Origin: the human T2T-CHM13v2.0 reference genome, Homo sapiens
Assembly (NCBI RefSeq): GCF_009914755.1
Contig: NC_060936.1
Length of the DNA: 64,000 bases
Direction: 5' to 3' (one strand)
Made by a program: the position numbers and the translations under genes. Below the pieces are notes generated by a model. It worked only from the letters and a program-made list of their open reading frames with translations. It was not told where the DNA came from and ran no database searches. Below are positions 40,601 to 54,124 of the stretch, piece after piece (positions within the stretch are counted from its first letter, which is position 1; every line of letters starts with the position of its first letter).

Positions 40601-41433
40601 TGGGATGGATACTTTCCTGTAGCTTCTTGTTCTAATCTTATATTTCTAATTTAATATTCTCATGTGTATATAGCTAAAAAAGAAACTAGGTGGTTTCATG
40701 AAGTGTTGTAATGATCTCTGGACTACAAAGTAGGAGATTAAGGTTATCCTTCCAGATCTTTTAAAATCTAATTTAAATCCTCAAATAACTCACTTGTTTA
40801 ATATTTTCTACATGCTTAGTTGCTCCCTTACTTGATAAACGCTTTATGTTATTACTGAGTTTCTTTTAGTTTTAAAAACCTATGACTTGAAAACTACCTT
40901 TGTATCTTTTAAATATGTGTTCCTTTATTAAAGGGAACAACTATTAAGCTACTGCTAAAAACATATGTTGGAAAAATTAAAATTGTGAACTTTCACCTGT
41001 GCATATGAAAAATAAATAACAGAGATAAGAGTCTGACAGTAATTTAGTCTAATGTAACCCATAATTATATCTTGCTTGGCTTACAGATATTTATCAAGCA
41101 ATTTTACTTAAATGCCAATATTTCAAAGCTTTGAGATTTAACATTTAAAATGTTTATATTTAATATTTCTCGTGAAAATTTAGGAGGCTTAGTTAATATC
41201 TGCTCAAGTCTGTTAGTGACTTTACTTAAGGAGAGGCATATATTATCCAGGTTGCCACAGTTCCCACCATGCCTTATTGTTAGCCCCCAAACCCCCTATT
41301 CATTTATATTATCTGTCAGTCCCTTACAAGCAGTAGGTTTGCCAACCAACTATACTTTTTAGAAAATAGGTGACCCACAAATTAGAGGATTAGGTTTGCA
41401 AACCAAATATCCTATTTAGAAAATAAGACTCCC

Positions 41434-42428
41434 ATATTTGTCTATTTTGGCTTTTGTTGCAACTAAAGAGCTTCTGCACAACAAAAGAAACCATCATCAG
41501 AGTGAAAAGGCAACCTACAGAATGGGAGAAAATTTTTGCAATCTAGGCATCTGACAAAGGTCTAATATCCAGAATTTGCAAGGAACTTAAACAAATTTAG
41601 AAAAAAAAAACTCCATCAAAAAGTGGGCAAAGGATATGAACAGCACTTCTCAAAAGAAGACATTTATGCGGCCAACAAACATATGAAAATAGCTCGACAT
41701 CACTGATCATCAGAGAAATGAAAATCAAAACCACAATGAGATACTGTCTCACACCAGTAAGAATAGCAATTATTAAAAACTCAGGAAACAACAGATGCTG
41801 GCGAGGCTGTGGAGAAACAGGAATGCTTTTACACTGTTGGCTAAAATGTAAATTAGTTCAACCATTGTGGAAGACAGTATGATGATTCCTCAAGGATCTA
41901 GAATGAGAAATACCATTTGACCCAGCCATCCCATTACTGGGTATATACCAAAATGAATATAAATTATTCTACTATAAAGACATATGCACATATATGTTTG
42001 TTGCAGCACTATTTACAATAACAAAGGCATTTAACCAACCCAAATGCCCATCAGCAATACACTGGATGAAGAAAATGTGGTACATACACACTGTGGAATA
42101 CTATGCAGCCATAAAAAGAATGAGATCATGCCCTTTGAAGAGACATGGATGGAGGTGGAAACGATCATGCTCAGCAAACTAACACTGAAACAGAAAAACA
42201 AATACCACATGTTCTCACTCATAAGTAGGAGCTGACAATGAGAACACATCGACACAGAGAGGGGAACAACACACACCAGGGTCTATTGGGGGGTTGGGGG
42301 CTAAGGGGAGGGAACTTAGAGGATGGGTCAATTGGTTCAGCAAACCCCCATAGCACACATATACCTATGTAACAAACCTGAGTGTTCTGCACATGTATCC
42401 TGTGTTTTTAAAAAAGCAATTAAGAAGA
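41434..42428 (+). mobile_element. 5'-truncated L1PA (PA8A-like) with ~27-bp 5' inversion
   Basis: ORF2 end plus 3' UTR (GGAACTTAGAGGATGGGTCAAT); exact 16-bp TSD AGAAAATAAGACTCCC at 41418-41433 and 42429-42444. Confidence 0.95.
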
Positions 42429-43066
42429 AGAAAATAAGACTCCCCTAATCAGATGTAGTAGCTTCTTCAAAATATTTTTAAGAATGAAGAGAGCTGATAT
42501 TGGCCATTTGACAAACACATTACACATATACATGAGCATGACCCTAAGGAAAAATTATTTTAAGGTATAGAATATAGTATAATTTTTAAAAGATTTTTGT
42601 TTCATATATAGCAACCACTCAATAAGTATACCCCTGAAAACAGAAAATTTCTAAGTGAAGATTTCAAAGGGTCTTTGTAGCAAAAGAAACATGAAAATTT
42701 CAGAAATCTTAATGTTTCTATCTTAAAATAAATTCTGTTTTGTAATCAGCAAAGAAGATTGCCACAATTAGGTGACTGAACTGTGGCTAAACTAAAAGTA
42801 TAGGCATATTTGTGCTAAATTTGTAGCATTCTTAAGGTATCATAAAAATGTTAAAAGAATTAAGATTATATAATCATAATTCATTTACACATCCATTGTT
42901 CTTTATTTTTACAATAGTTCCATGTGCAACTCCCAGGAGTCAGGCACTCTGCTAGAGATACAACGGTGTGAAATTGTTTCTCCCCAAATGCAAAGGTTTC
43001 TGAGAATCCTTAAGAAAAAAATAAGTTAAAATTGGGAAAATTAAGTTCTTAAATGTAAAATTATAT

Positions 43067-43424
43067 TGTATTAATTCATTCTCATGTTGCTGTAAAGAAC
43101 TGAGTAGTTTATAAAGAAAAGGGGTTTCATTGACTCACAGTTCTGCAGGGCTGGGGAGGACTCAGGAAACTTACAGTCGTGGCTGAAGGGGAAGCAAACA
43201 CATCCTTCTTCACATGCCAGCAGAAGAGAGAAGTACCGAGCAAAAGAGGACAGGCCCCTTATAAATCATCAAATCTCATAAGAACTCACTATCACAAGAG
43301 CAGCATGTAGGTAACTGCCCCATGATTCAATTACCTCCCACTGGGTTCCTCCCATGACACATGGGGATTATGAGAACTACAATTCAAGATGAGATTTGAG
43401 TGGGGACACAGCAAAACCAAATCA
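43067..43424 (-). mobile_element. THE1 (C-like) solo LTR
   Basis: TGTATTAATTCATTCTCATGTTGCT...CAAGATGAGATTTGAGTGGGGACACAGCAAAACCAAATCA; flanks TATAT/GATAT. Confidence 0.92.
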
Positions 43425-44290
43425 GATATTTACAGGAGCCAATGCCTGCACCTATGGAAACCTTTTTTTGTATTTTTACAAATACCAAAAATAAAACTAA
43501 ATATTGTACACTTCATCAACACATCATCAAAGACATCTTACATCTTAAATTATTATAACTAGGCACTATGCAATTAATTCCCAAGTGTTCTCAATCATCA
43601 ATTAGAACATTTCAGAATACCTCTTTCATGGCTTTTATTAAGACATTAGCAAATTACTTATATATTTAGCAGACACTAGGCACATGAAAAATGTTTTTAA
43701 GTTATGTTTCTGTGTTTGATTTCTCATCACGTATTTTTTTCACTTCAGTTATTATGTCACTGTACTCTGAGTCAGACTTGGAATTATTTGGATTACTGGC
43801 TTAAAGGAGAGAACAGTAAGCCATCTACTGTCCTTGAAAACATTTTTGATTTGTATATTAAAAAACGAAAAAAAAAAACTGCACAAAAGCACAAGTAGTG
43901 GACTCCTTTCCACATTTCTCATCAACCTTCCTCCTTTGCAGTAAAGCATCATTAGAATGGTTAGCTTTTCTTTCTACCATCTTCCATTATATTTCCCAAG
44001 TTTTAACTGAAGAACTACTGTTTATATATTATGTCTTTTCTTCCACCGTTATCCCAAGACCCAGTCCCTTAATTTTATAGTTTCCACAAGAACAACATAC
44101 AATACTAGACTCAATTTTCTTATGGTCTTATTCTTATTACCAAATAAGAATATATTCTTATTATATATATAAGAATATATTCTTATTACCAAAATATTAT
44201 ACATCAATTAACTCACAAATCCTATAATTTTCTATGAGGGATAATCACAAAAAAGATGGAATTATCTTATGAGGTAAAATACCCACCTTA

Positions 44291-45807
<1,517 letters not shown>

Positions 45808-46029
45808 AAGAATCTTTATACTTGGGAAGCAGAAGTAGATGACTTCAAATACTATATATATTTTAACAATAAAATATTTCATAAATGTAAACAAGTGACA
45901 GATTCATGTGTATCTTGCCATATTTTTGTCACTGTTTTTAACTGGCATATAGGGATATGGCTGTAGAGATATGGAAGGATAAAATATACTTTTATATATT
46001 AAACTTATATCCCATGACCTTCCTACATC

Positions 46030-46990
46030 CATTTTTAAATTTGTAATTGACATAAATTATGCATATTAAATTGTAAAATTTGATATTTTGGCATCTGTGT
46101 ACACTACTGAAACCATCACCACAATGTGGAAAAGAAACGTATTCATTGTACTGAAAACTTTTCTCATATCCCTTGTAATCTCTCATTCTACCTCCCAGAC
46201 TCCTCCTTCATATCCAGGCAACAACTTGCATTTTCTAGGGTTCTATTTAAATAAAATTTTACATTATGTACTGTTCTGTTTATAACTTTTTCACTTACAA
46301 TAATGTCCTTTATATTTATCAATGCTTTAGCATAATATTGATAGTTCATTGTATTTTATTCTTGAATAGTATTGCATTGTATGGATATAACACAATCTGT
46401 TTTTGCATTCATCTCTTGGTAAATATTTGTTATTTTTTTCCTCCAGTTTTTGGCTCTTACAAATAAAGGCTCTATAAACATACATTTACAAGTCTTTGAA
46501 TGGACATATGCTTCCATTTCTTTTGTTTAAATACTAGTCAAATGGTTGAGTCATATGGCAGATGAAGATTTAATATGGTTGTACAATTTCACACTCTGAT
46601 TTACTGTGTATAAGAATTCCATCTGTTCTACATTCATGACCTCTACTTGATATGGTAAGTATTTTAATTTTAGCTATTCTAGGTTTATAAAACACTAGGT
46701 TTATAGTGTTGGATTGTTGTGGCTTTAATTTAAATTTATTCAGTGATTATATTGAGAATCATTTCATGTCTTTGTCATCTTTAAATTCTTTGGTGAGTGT
46801 TTGTTCAAATTTTTACCCATTCCTTAATTGATTGTTTTCTTATTATTGAGTTTTAAGGGGTCTTTGTAAATTCTGAATTTAAGACCTTTATCACATATGT
46901 GGTTTTCAAACATTTTTCTTTCAGTCAATGGCTTGTCTTTTAATCTTCTTAACAGCATCTTTTAAAGAGTAGATTCTTCTAATATTAACT
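46030..46990 (-). mobile_element. Old L1M 3' end
   Basis: GAAACCATCACCACAAT, TATGGATATAACACAAT, TACAAGTCTTTGAATGGACATATGCTTCCATTTC. Confidence 0.78.
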
Positions 46991-47168
46991 CAGTGAGACT
47001 GGTAATATTTCAATACTAAAACAAATACATTACAAAAATAATTATAGACAAATATCACTCATGATCATAGATGCAAAAGTCTCTAACAAAAGTATTAGCA
47101 ATAAAATTCACATATATAAAAAAGAAAATATACCATTACCAAGTGGAGTTTACATTAGAAATGAAAGG

Positions 47169-47622
47169 AGTCCTTGGTTGAATGGTATTCCCCGCAAATT
47201 CCTATATACATAAAATTTTAGAATGTGACCTTGTTTGGAAAGAGGGTCTTTGCAGATGTAACTAGTTAAATTAGGATGAGGTCATACTGCTTTTGGGTGG
47301 GTGCGGAATTCCGTGACTGGTGTCCTTAAAAGAAGGATATGCAGAGACGCAGACACAAGTCAATGAAATGTGGCCATTTCCACAGAGGGAGGAATTGGAG
47401 TGATACCACTTGCTGTAGAAGAAGGAACACTAATTATTGCCAAGAAGCTACCACAAGCTAGAAAAAAGGAGGCAAACACTCTTCCTGAGAATCTTTAAAG
47501 AGAATGATCTTGTTGATAATTTAATATTGAACTTGTAGCCCCAGAATTGTGCTAGAATTTCTGTTGTTTTAAGCAACCCAGTTTGTAGTAGTTTGTTATA
47601 GTAGCCCAAGGAAATTAATATA
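47169..47622 (+). mobile_element. MLT1C-like solo LTR
   Basis: AGAATGTGACCTTGTTTGGAAAGAGGGTCTTTGCAGATGTAA...TTTGTTATAGTAGCCCAAGGAAATTAATATA. Confidence 0.85.
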
Positions 47623-47904
47623 TAAAGATAATTCAACATTTGAAAATCAATGTGATTTATCATATTCACAAGTGAATAATTAAAGCTATATAATCATCTC
47701 AATCTGTGCAGAAAAGGCATTTGACAAATTTGTGATTAAAAATTCTCAGGAAACTAGAAAAAGAGGGGTACTTTATTTTCCTGTAGTGGGATCTTTAAAA
47801 ACTTACAGATAACATCATAATTAATTGTTCAAGACAGAAGGCTTTCAGCACCATCCCCACCTCCAAAGACTACTGACCAAGAAAGGATGACCTTTCTTAC
47901 CACT

Positions 47905-48335
47905 TGCTGTAATTTGAATGTTTGTCCTCTCCAAATCTCATGTTGAAATTTGATCTCAATTGCTGGATGTGCAGTCTACTGGGAGGTTTTGGATTATGGG
48001 GGTGGATCCTTCATGAATAGCTTTATTTCCTTCCTGGGGAAAGCAGATGAGTGAGTTCTTGCTCTATTAGTTCTTGCTTGAGCTGGTTGTGAATAAGAGC
48101 CTATCACCTCCCCTCTCTCTCTCTTACTTCCTCTTTCATGATGTGATCTCTGCAAATACCAGCTCCTTTTGTCTCCTTCCATGAGTGAAAGCCTAAGGCG
48201 TTTGCCAGAAGCTGAGCTAACACCACTGCCATGCCTCTTGTGTCCTGCAGAACTATGAGCCAAGTAAACCTCTTTTCTATATAAATTACCTAGCCTCAGA
48301 TATTCTTTTATAGCAACACAAAATGGACTCAGGCA
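47905..48335 (+). mobile_element. MSTB-like solo LTR
   Basis: TGCTGTAATTTGAATGTTTGTCCTCTCCAAATCTCATGTTGAAATTTGATC...CCTGCAGAACTATGAGCCAAGTAAACCTCTTTTC...AAATGGACTCAGGCA. Confidence 0.9.
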
Positions 48336-48429
48336 TCGCACTTATTCAATGTCATCTGGAAATTGTAGCCAGTGCAAAAGGCAAGAAAAAATAATAAAAG
48401 GCATACATATTAGATATTATGAAATAAGA

Positions 48430-51400
48430 AAGAGGAGCAGGAATATGGTGGAGTAGGGCTCTCTAGCCATCATCCACTCACAGAAACATCAATTTTTAAC
48501 AGCTCTACACATGATAAAATACCTTCACAAAAGCTAAGGAAACCAGATAAGATATCTCAGCACCTGGTTTTAGCACAATAATTTAAAAAGATGAATTGAG
48601 GAGGATAGCAAGGACAGTTTTATGTTACCCATGGCACCCCTCCCACAACTCCAGGCAGCACAGCACATAGAGAACTACTGTCTGCTCAAGGGAAAAGAGA
48701 GAAGTGAGCACAGAACTTTGCCTTGATCCCTAACACTGGGCCCACGTCAGTAAAACTTAGTTCTGGGCAGAGGCCCATGGACTCATATTCTAGGCCAGTA
48801 CACATGGATTGAACTGCTAGACCTTCTCTGGCTCCAGGCACATTCACACAGCCCCAGGCTTTAGGATTGTGCAGTAGGCTTGATGTCTACTGGGCTGATG
48901 TCAGCAGCACTGCATTCCAAGCAGCCCTCAGCATCAGACAGTACACCGTGGTTCCAGGCATCTGACTAACCTTAGCATCACATCTGCCATAAGAGGCCCA
49001 GGATTCTTGCAATGCTGTACCAGGACTTGATGGTTTTACTGCCAAATTCTATGAAACATTTAAAAGAACTCATACCAATTATTTTCAATTCTTCAAAATC
49101 AAAGAGAAGGGAATACTTTCAAACTCATTTCACAAGGCCAGCGTAACCCTGATAGCAAAGCTAGAAAAAGATGCTATAAAAGAAGAAAATAGCAGGCCAA
49201 TGTCTCTGATAAAACTAGATGTGAAAATCTTTAATGAAATATTAGCAAACTGAATTTAATAAAACATTAAAAAGATAATTCACCATGATCAAATGGGATT
49301 CATCTCAGGAATGTAAGGATAGATAATTCAACATAGGCTAATCAGATGTCATATATCACATTAATAGAATGAAGGACATAAACTATATAATCATTTCCAT
49401 AGATGCAGAAAAAAAGTTTGACAAAATTCAACATTCTTTTATGATAAAAGCTCTCAATGACTTAATTATATAAGGAATGCAATTAAGGCCGTATATGGCA
49501 AACCCACAACTCAGCGAAAATTAAACAATTTCACTCTAATATCTGAAAAAAGACAGGGATGCCTATCATCTCTTCTATTTAGTAAAATACTGGAGGTCCT
49601 AGCCAGAGCTATAAAGCAAGGGAAAGAAATGAAAGGCAAGGGAAATAAAAGAAATCTAAACAGGAAAGGAAGAAATTAAATTACCCGTATTTTCAGACAA
49701 CATGATTATATATGTAAAAAATCTCTTAAGACTCTACTAAGAAGCTCTTAGAACTAATAAGCGAATTCAAAGTTGCAGGATACAAAATCAACATACAAAA
49801 GCTAGTAGTATTTTTATACACAAACAACAAACTATCCAAATAAGAAATAAAAAAAAATCCATTTACCACAGCTACAAAAATAATAAAATACTTAAGAATA
49901 AATTTAACCAAGGAGGTAAAAGATTACTACAATGAAATCTATAAAACATTGATGAAAAAATTGAGAAAGACATAAGTAAATAAACAGATACCTTTATCTA
50001 TTAAATAAATTAATAGATAACTTGTGTTCATGGAATGGAATAATAAATATTGTTAAACTACCCATATTACTCAAGCTATCTACAGATTCAATACAACCCC
50101 TATTAAAAAGCCAATGACATTTTTCACAGAAATAGAGTATATAAGCCTAAAATTCATATGGAACCACAAAAGACCTCAAATAGCCAAAGCAATTATGATC
50201 AGAAAGAACACAGTTGGAGGCATCACACTACCTGACTTCAAAATACACTACAAAAACAAAACAGCATGGTATTGGCATAAAATCAGACACATAGGCCAAT
50301 AAAACAGAAAAGACAGCCAGAAATAATCCAAGCATTTACATTCAACTGATTTTCAACCAAAAATCAAGAACACACAACAGAGAAAGAACAGTCTTTTAAA
50401 TAAATGATGCTCAGAAAGCAATATCCAAATGCAGAAGAATGAAATTAGACATTTGTCTCATCCCATAAACAAAAATTTACTCAAAATGTAGCAAAGGTTT
50501 AAATGCAAGACCCAAAACTATGAAAGCACTAGAAGAAAACAGAGGAGAAATGCTCTATGACATTGATCTGGGCAATAACTTTTTGGAAATAACCCAAAAG
50601 CTCGGGGAATAAAAGCAAAAATAGACAAATAGGATCAAACTAAAAAGTTTCTGCACAGAGAAGAAAAAAAATTATCAGAATGAAGAGACAATCTATAGAA
50701 TTGGAAATATGTTTGCAAACTATATGTCTAATAAGGGGTTAATACTCAGAATATGTAAGAAACTCAAGCAACTCAATGGTAAGAATACAGATAGCCTAAT
50801 TACAAAATGAGCAAAGGACTTCAATATACATTTTTCAAAAGAATATGTACAAATGGCCAATAGGTATATGAAAAAAAATCTTTAACATCACTAATGATCA
50901 GGGAAATTTAAACTAAAACAACAGTGAGATATTACCTCACATCTTTTAAAATGACTATTGTAAAAAATAGATAACAAGTGTTGGCATGGAAGTAGAAAAA
51001 AGGTAACCTCTCCACATTAACCATTGGAAAATGAATTAATACAGCCATTATGATAAACAGTATGAATGTCCCTCAAAAATTAAAACTAGAACTACCATGT
51101 GAGCCATCAATGCCAATACTAGGTGTATATTCAAAGGATATGAGATCAGTATATTGAAGACTTATCTGCACTTTCATCTTCATTGCAGCACTCTTCACAA
51201 TAGCCAAGATATGGAATCAACCTAAATCTCCATCAATGTATGAATGGATATAGAAAATGTGGTATATAAATATATATATATAAACACAATAAAATATTAT
51301 TCAATCATAAAAAGGAGGAAATCCTGCTATTTCCACCAATACAAATGAACGTGGAAAACATTGTGTTAAGTGAAATAAGCCAGACAGAAAAAGACCAAAG

Positions 51401-51916
51401 GATCTCACTCATATGTGTTATCTAAAAAGTTGATATCATAGAAGTACAGAATCGAATTGTAGTTACCAGGGGTTGTGGTGACTGGTGAGGAGAAGGGAAG
51501 GGGTCAGGAAGACATTGGTCAAAGGATAAAAACTTTCCATTGGAATAAACCCAAGAGGTCTATTATACAACATGGTGACTATATTTAATGATATATTGTA
51601 TTCCTGAAAGATGCTAGGAGAATAGATGTAAAGTGTTCTCACCACAAAAATGATAAATATGTGAGATAAGCCATAGTCATTCCCATATATATACATATAG
51701 GAATGACTATATACATATATACATGGAGAGAGAGAGAGAGAGAGAGGAATGACTATATATATATATGAATGACTATATATATATATGAATGACTATATAT
51801 GTATATATATATATATATAGGAATGGCTATTTTGAACATATATATGCTTCAAAAAACCATGTTGTATATAGTAAATATGTATAGTTTTTTCATTGTAAAA
51901 AATAAAAATAAAAAAA
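48430..51916 (+). mobile_element. L1MA (MA5-8-like): ~0.6 kb of 5' UTR joined to mid-ORF2 through the 3' end
   Basis: 5'-end-like sequence (AATATGGTGGAGTAGG, CAGAAACATCAATT, CTTCACAAAAGCTAAGG); ORF2 from ~49020; L1MA 3' UTR (CAACATGGTGACTAT, GTGTTCTCACCACAAAAATGATAA) and A-rich tail. Confidence 0.85.
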
Positions 51917-52139
51917 TGTAGAAATAAAACTCTCTTTTCACAGCAGATTTGCACATCTCTATAGAAAATTTCAAAAAATTTACAAAAAAATCCCAAAACT
52001 AGTAAGTAAATGTAGTAAGTTTGCAGGATCCAAACTCAATACATGAAAGTCCAATATATTCCCACATAGTGTACAGTGGTATCCCTATATGCCAGCTGAG
52101 TTCAATGGTATAGGGTGGTACAACTATGAAAAAATGTTA

Positions 52140-52950
52140 TTATTTCCTAACTTATTTTTACTTAATAAAATATCTCATGCATAAAATGTTATAGAGACTA
52201 ATATAGTGAATGCCCATGTGACTCAGCCATGCACCTTAAGATACAATATATTACAGATTCAGTTAAATGCCATGGTAAATTCCTCCCCATTCCTATTTTA
52301 TCCTTTCTCAGAGTTTACTACTATTTCAAAGTTAGAGTCTACCATTTCCACATTTTAAAAATAATTTTGCTACATAAATGCTTATAGACCAACAGCAAAT
52401 AAAATTGTTTAACTTGTAATAACAATTTATATAAATGTTTATATATATATAACAATTTATACTGAATTTTTCCTTTTTCAACTAGATTATTTTACTCACT
52501 ATTATATTGGAGAGTTTTAATAATATGGATGCAGATAGCTTTGTTCATTTATTTTAATCAGGTTATAGTATTTAATTGCATGAATATATATATACAAGTT
52601 ATATATCTGTTCTGTAGATAAGCTTTAAGGATTTTTTTTCCAATTGTTCACTATTGCAAAAAGCGCTACAGTGAACAGTCTTTGACTTATTTTGTTCTGC
52701 ACATGGGTAAGAATTTCTCTAGAGCAATTATTCTCAGAATGTGAGCACTGACCACTAGCTTGCATATCACCTGGAAGCTTTATGGAAATGCAAATTATTG
52801 GGCCTGACCTCAGCCCTACTGAATTAAAATCTTTGGTGATAAGAACAGCATTTTGTGTTTTAGCAAGCCCTCTGGTTTGTTCTAATGCAGACTAAAGTTT
52901 GCTGACCCTTGCTTGGAATTACTGCATTGAAACACACACATACTCATTTT

Positions 52951-52987
<37 letters not shown>

Positions 52988-53370
52988 CTTTATTTATTGG
53001 TACTATCTGTTTATATTCTAGCTATTTATATATGAGAGCCCTGTTTGATTCATATTATCTCCAAGACCTAATTGTCAATTTGGTGTGTGTGAAATGACAT
53101 TTTCTTTTAACTTACATCTACCTGATTCTAAGTAAAATGGAACTTTTTTAATACATGTGTTAGCCATTCAACTTTTTTCTTGTGTGAATTATTCATATTA
53201 TTTGCACATATTTTAAAAATTGAGGCTTTTGGCTTTTTCTTATTGATTTTTGAGATTCCCTGTTTAATTTGGAGAATGATTTGTATTCACTTATTTTTGT
53301 TACTTATATTTGTTCTTAGTGCTTCCTAACTTTTCACTTTGTTAATGGCATATTTTGATGTTACATTGAG
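52140..53370 (-). mobile_element. Old L1ME-like 3' fragment, interrupted by MER5A and (TA)n
   Basis: TTGTTCATTTATTTTAAT, TAGTATTTAATTGCATGAATATA, GCTACAGTGAACAGTCTTTG. Confidence 0.6.
52725..52911 (+). mobile_element. MER5A
   Basis: ATCACCTGGAAGCTTTATGGAAATGCAAATT..CCTACTGAATTAAAATCT..GCAAGCCCTCTGG..CTAAAGTTTG. Confidence 0.85.
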
Positions 53371-53477
53371 TTTCTTACCATTAGATTACAAACATTTTTC
53401 TAAGTTAACACATACATCTAATACACTTTATGGATATAACTATGTTAAAATTTATTAAAGCATTCTTTTACTGACAG

Positions 53478-53901
53478 ATGCATAAGATCCCAGTTGCAAC
53501 AGATGACGCACTCAAGCTGAAGATAATTTAATAAAAGGATTACTTACAAAGCAGTTTGAAACAACAACAAAAAAGGGATAGTAACTCTAGGAAGCTGGTA
53601 TCACCAGGAAACCTGAATGGGCGAGAGAAGGGAGCAAATCAGAAACCAAAGACAACAGCACGAAGAGTGATTTTTGATAACAGCTGAGGCCTTTGGTAGA
53701 GGGACAAAACCAACCCCTGGAAATGTAGGAAGTCTGGGAAATAAATGTCATGGGCCTGTGCTTCTCTTTTGATTTTCTTCACTGTCTAAAGGTCTCCAAG
53801 AAATTACCTAATGTAATTCTCGTAGGTCAGTCTTTTACAGCACAGAACAAGGGAGAAGAATAGAGAAAGGAATTGGCGTGTAAATGGCAGATGACTATCC
53901 C
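53478..53901 (-). mobile_element. Ancient ERVL LTR (LTR33/41-like)
   Basis: AACAGATGACGCACTCAA..TTTAATAAAAGGATTACTTACAAAG..CCTGAATGGGCGAG..CGTAGGTCAGTC..GCACAGAACA. Confidence 0.55.
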
Positions 53902-54056
53902 ATTTTTAATTTTTTTCTTCATTATACAAACAGTGTTGCAATAGCACTCTTGTTTATTTCCATATAATATATTGGTACTTTTATATTGCATGATTTACCA
54001 TCAAAATTGGGATTGTGGAGTCAAATGTATTCTGTCTCTCTTTCCTTCAGTTTAAA

Positions 54057-54124
54057 GAGATGATTGTGCCACTGTGCTTCGGCATGGACAACAGAGGGAG
54101 ACCCTGTCTCTGAAACAAACAAAC
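54057..54124 (+). mobile_element. Short Alu 3' fragment (J-like)
   Basis: GATTGTGCCACTGTGCTTC..GGACAACAGAGGGAGACCCTGTCTCT followed by (AAAC)n. Confidence 0.8.

Larger units (their letters stand above)
46995..52070 (+). mobile_element. Old L1M ORF2 fragment hosting MLT1C, MSTB and an L1MA
   Basis: ORF2 pieces at ~46995-47168, 47623-47904, 48336-48425 and 51920-52070 are collinear. Confidence 0.7.
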
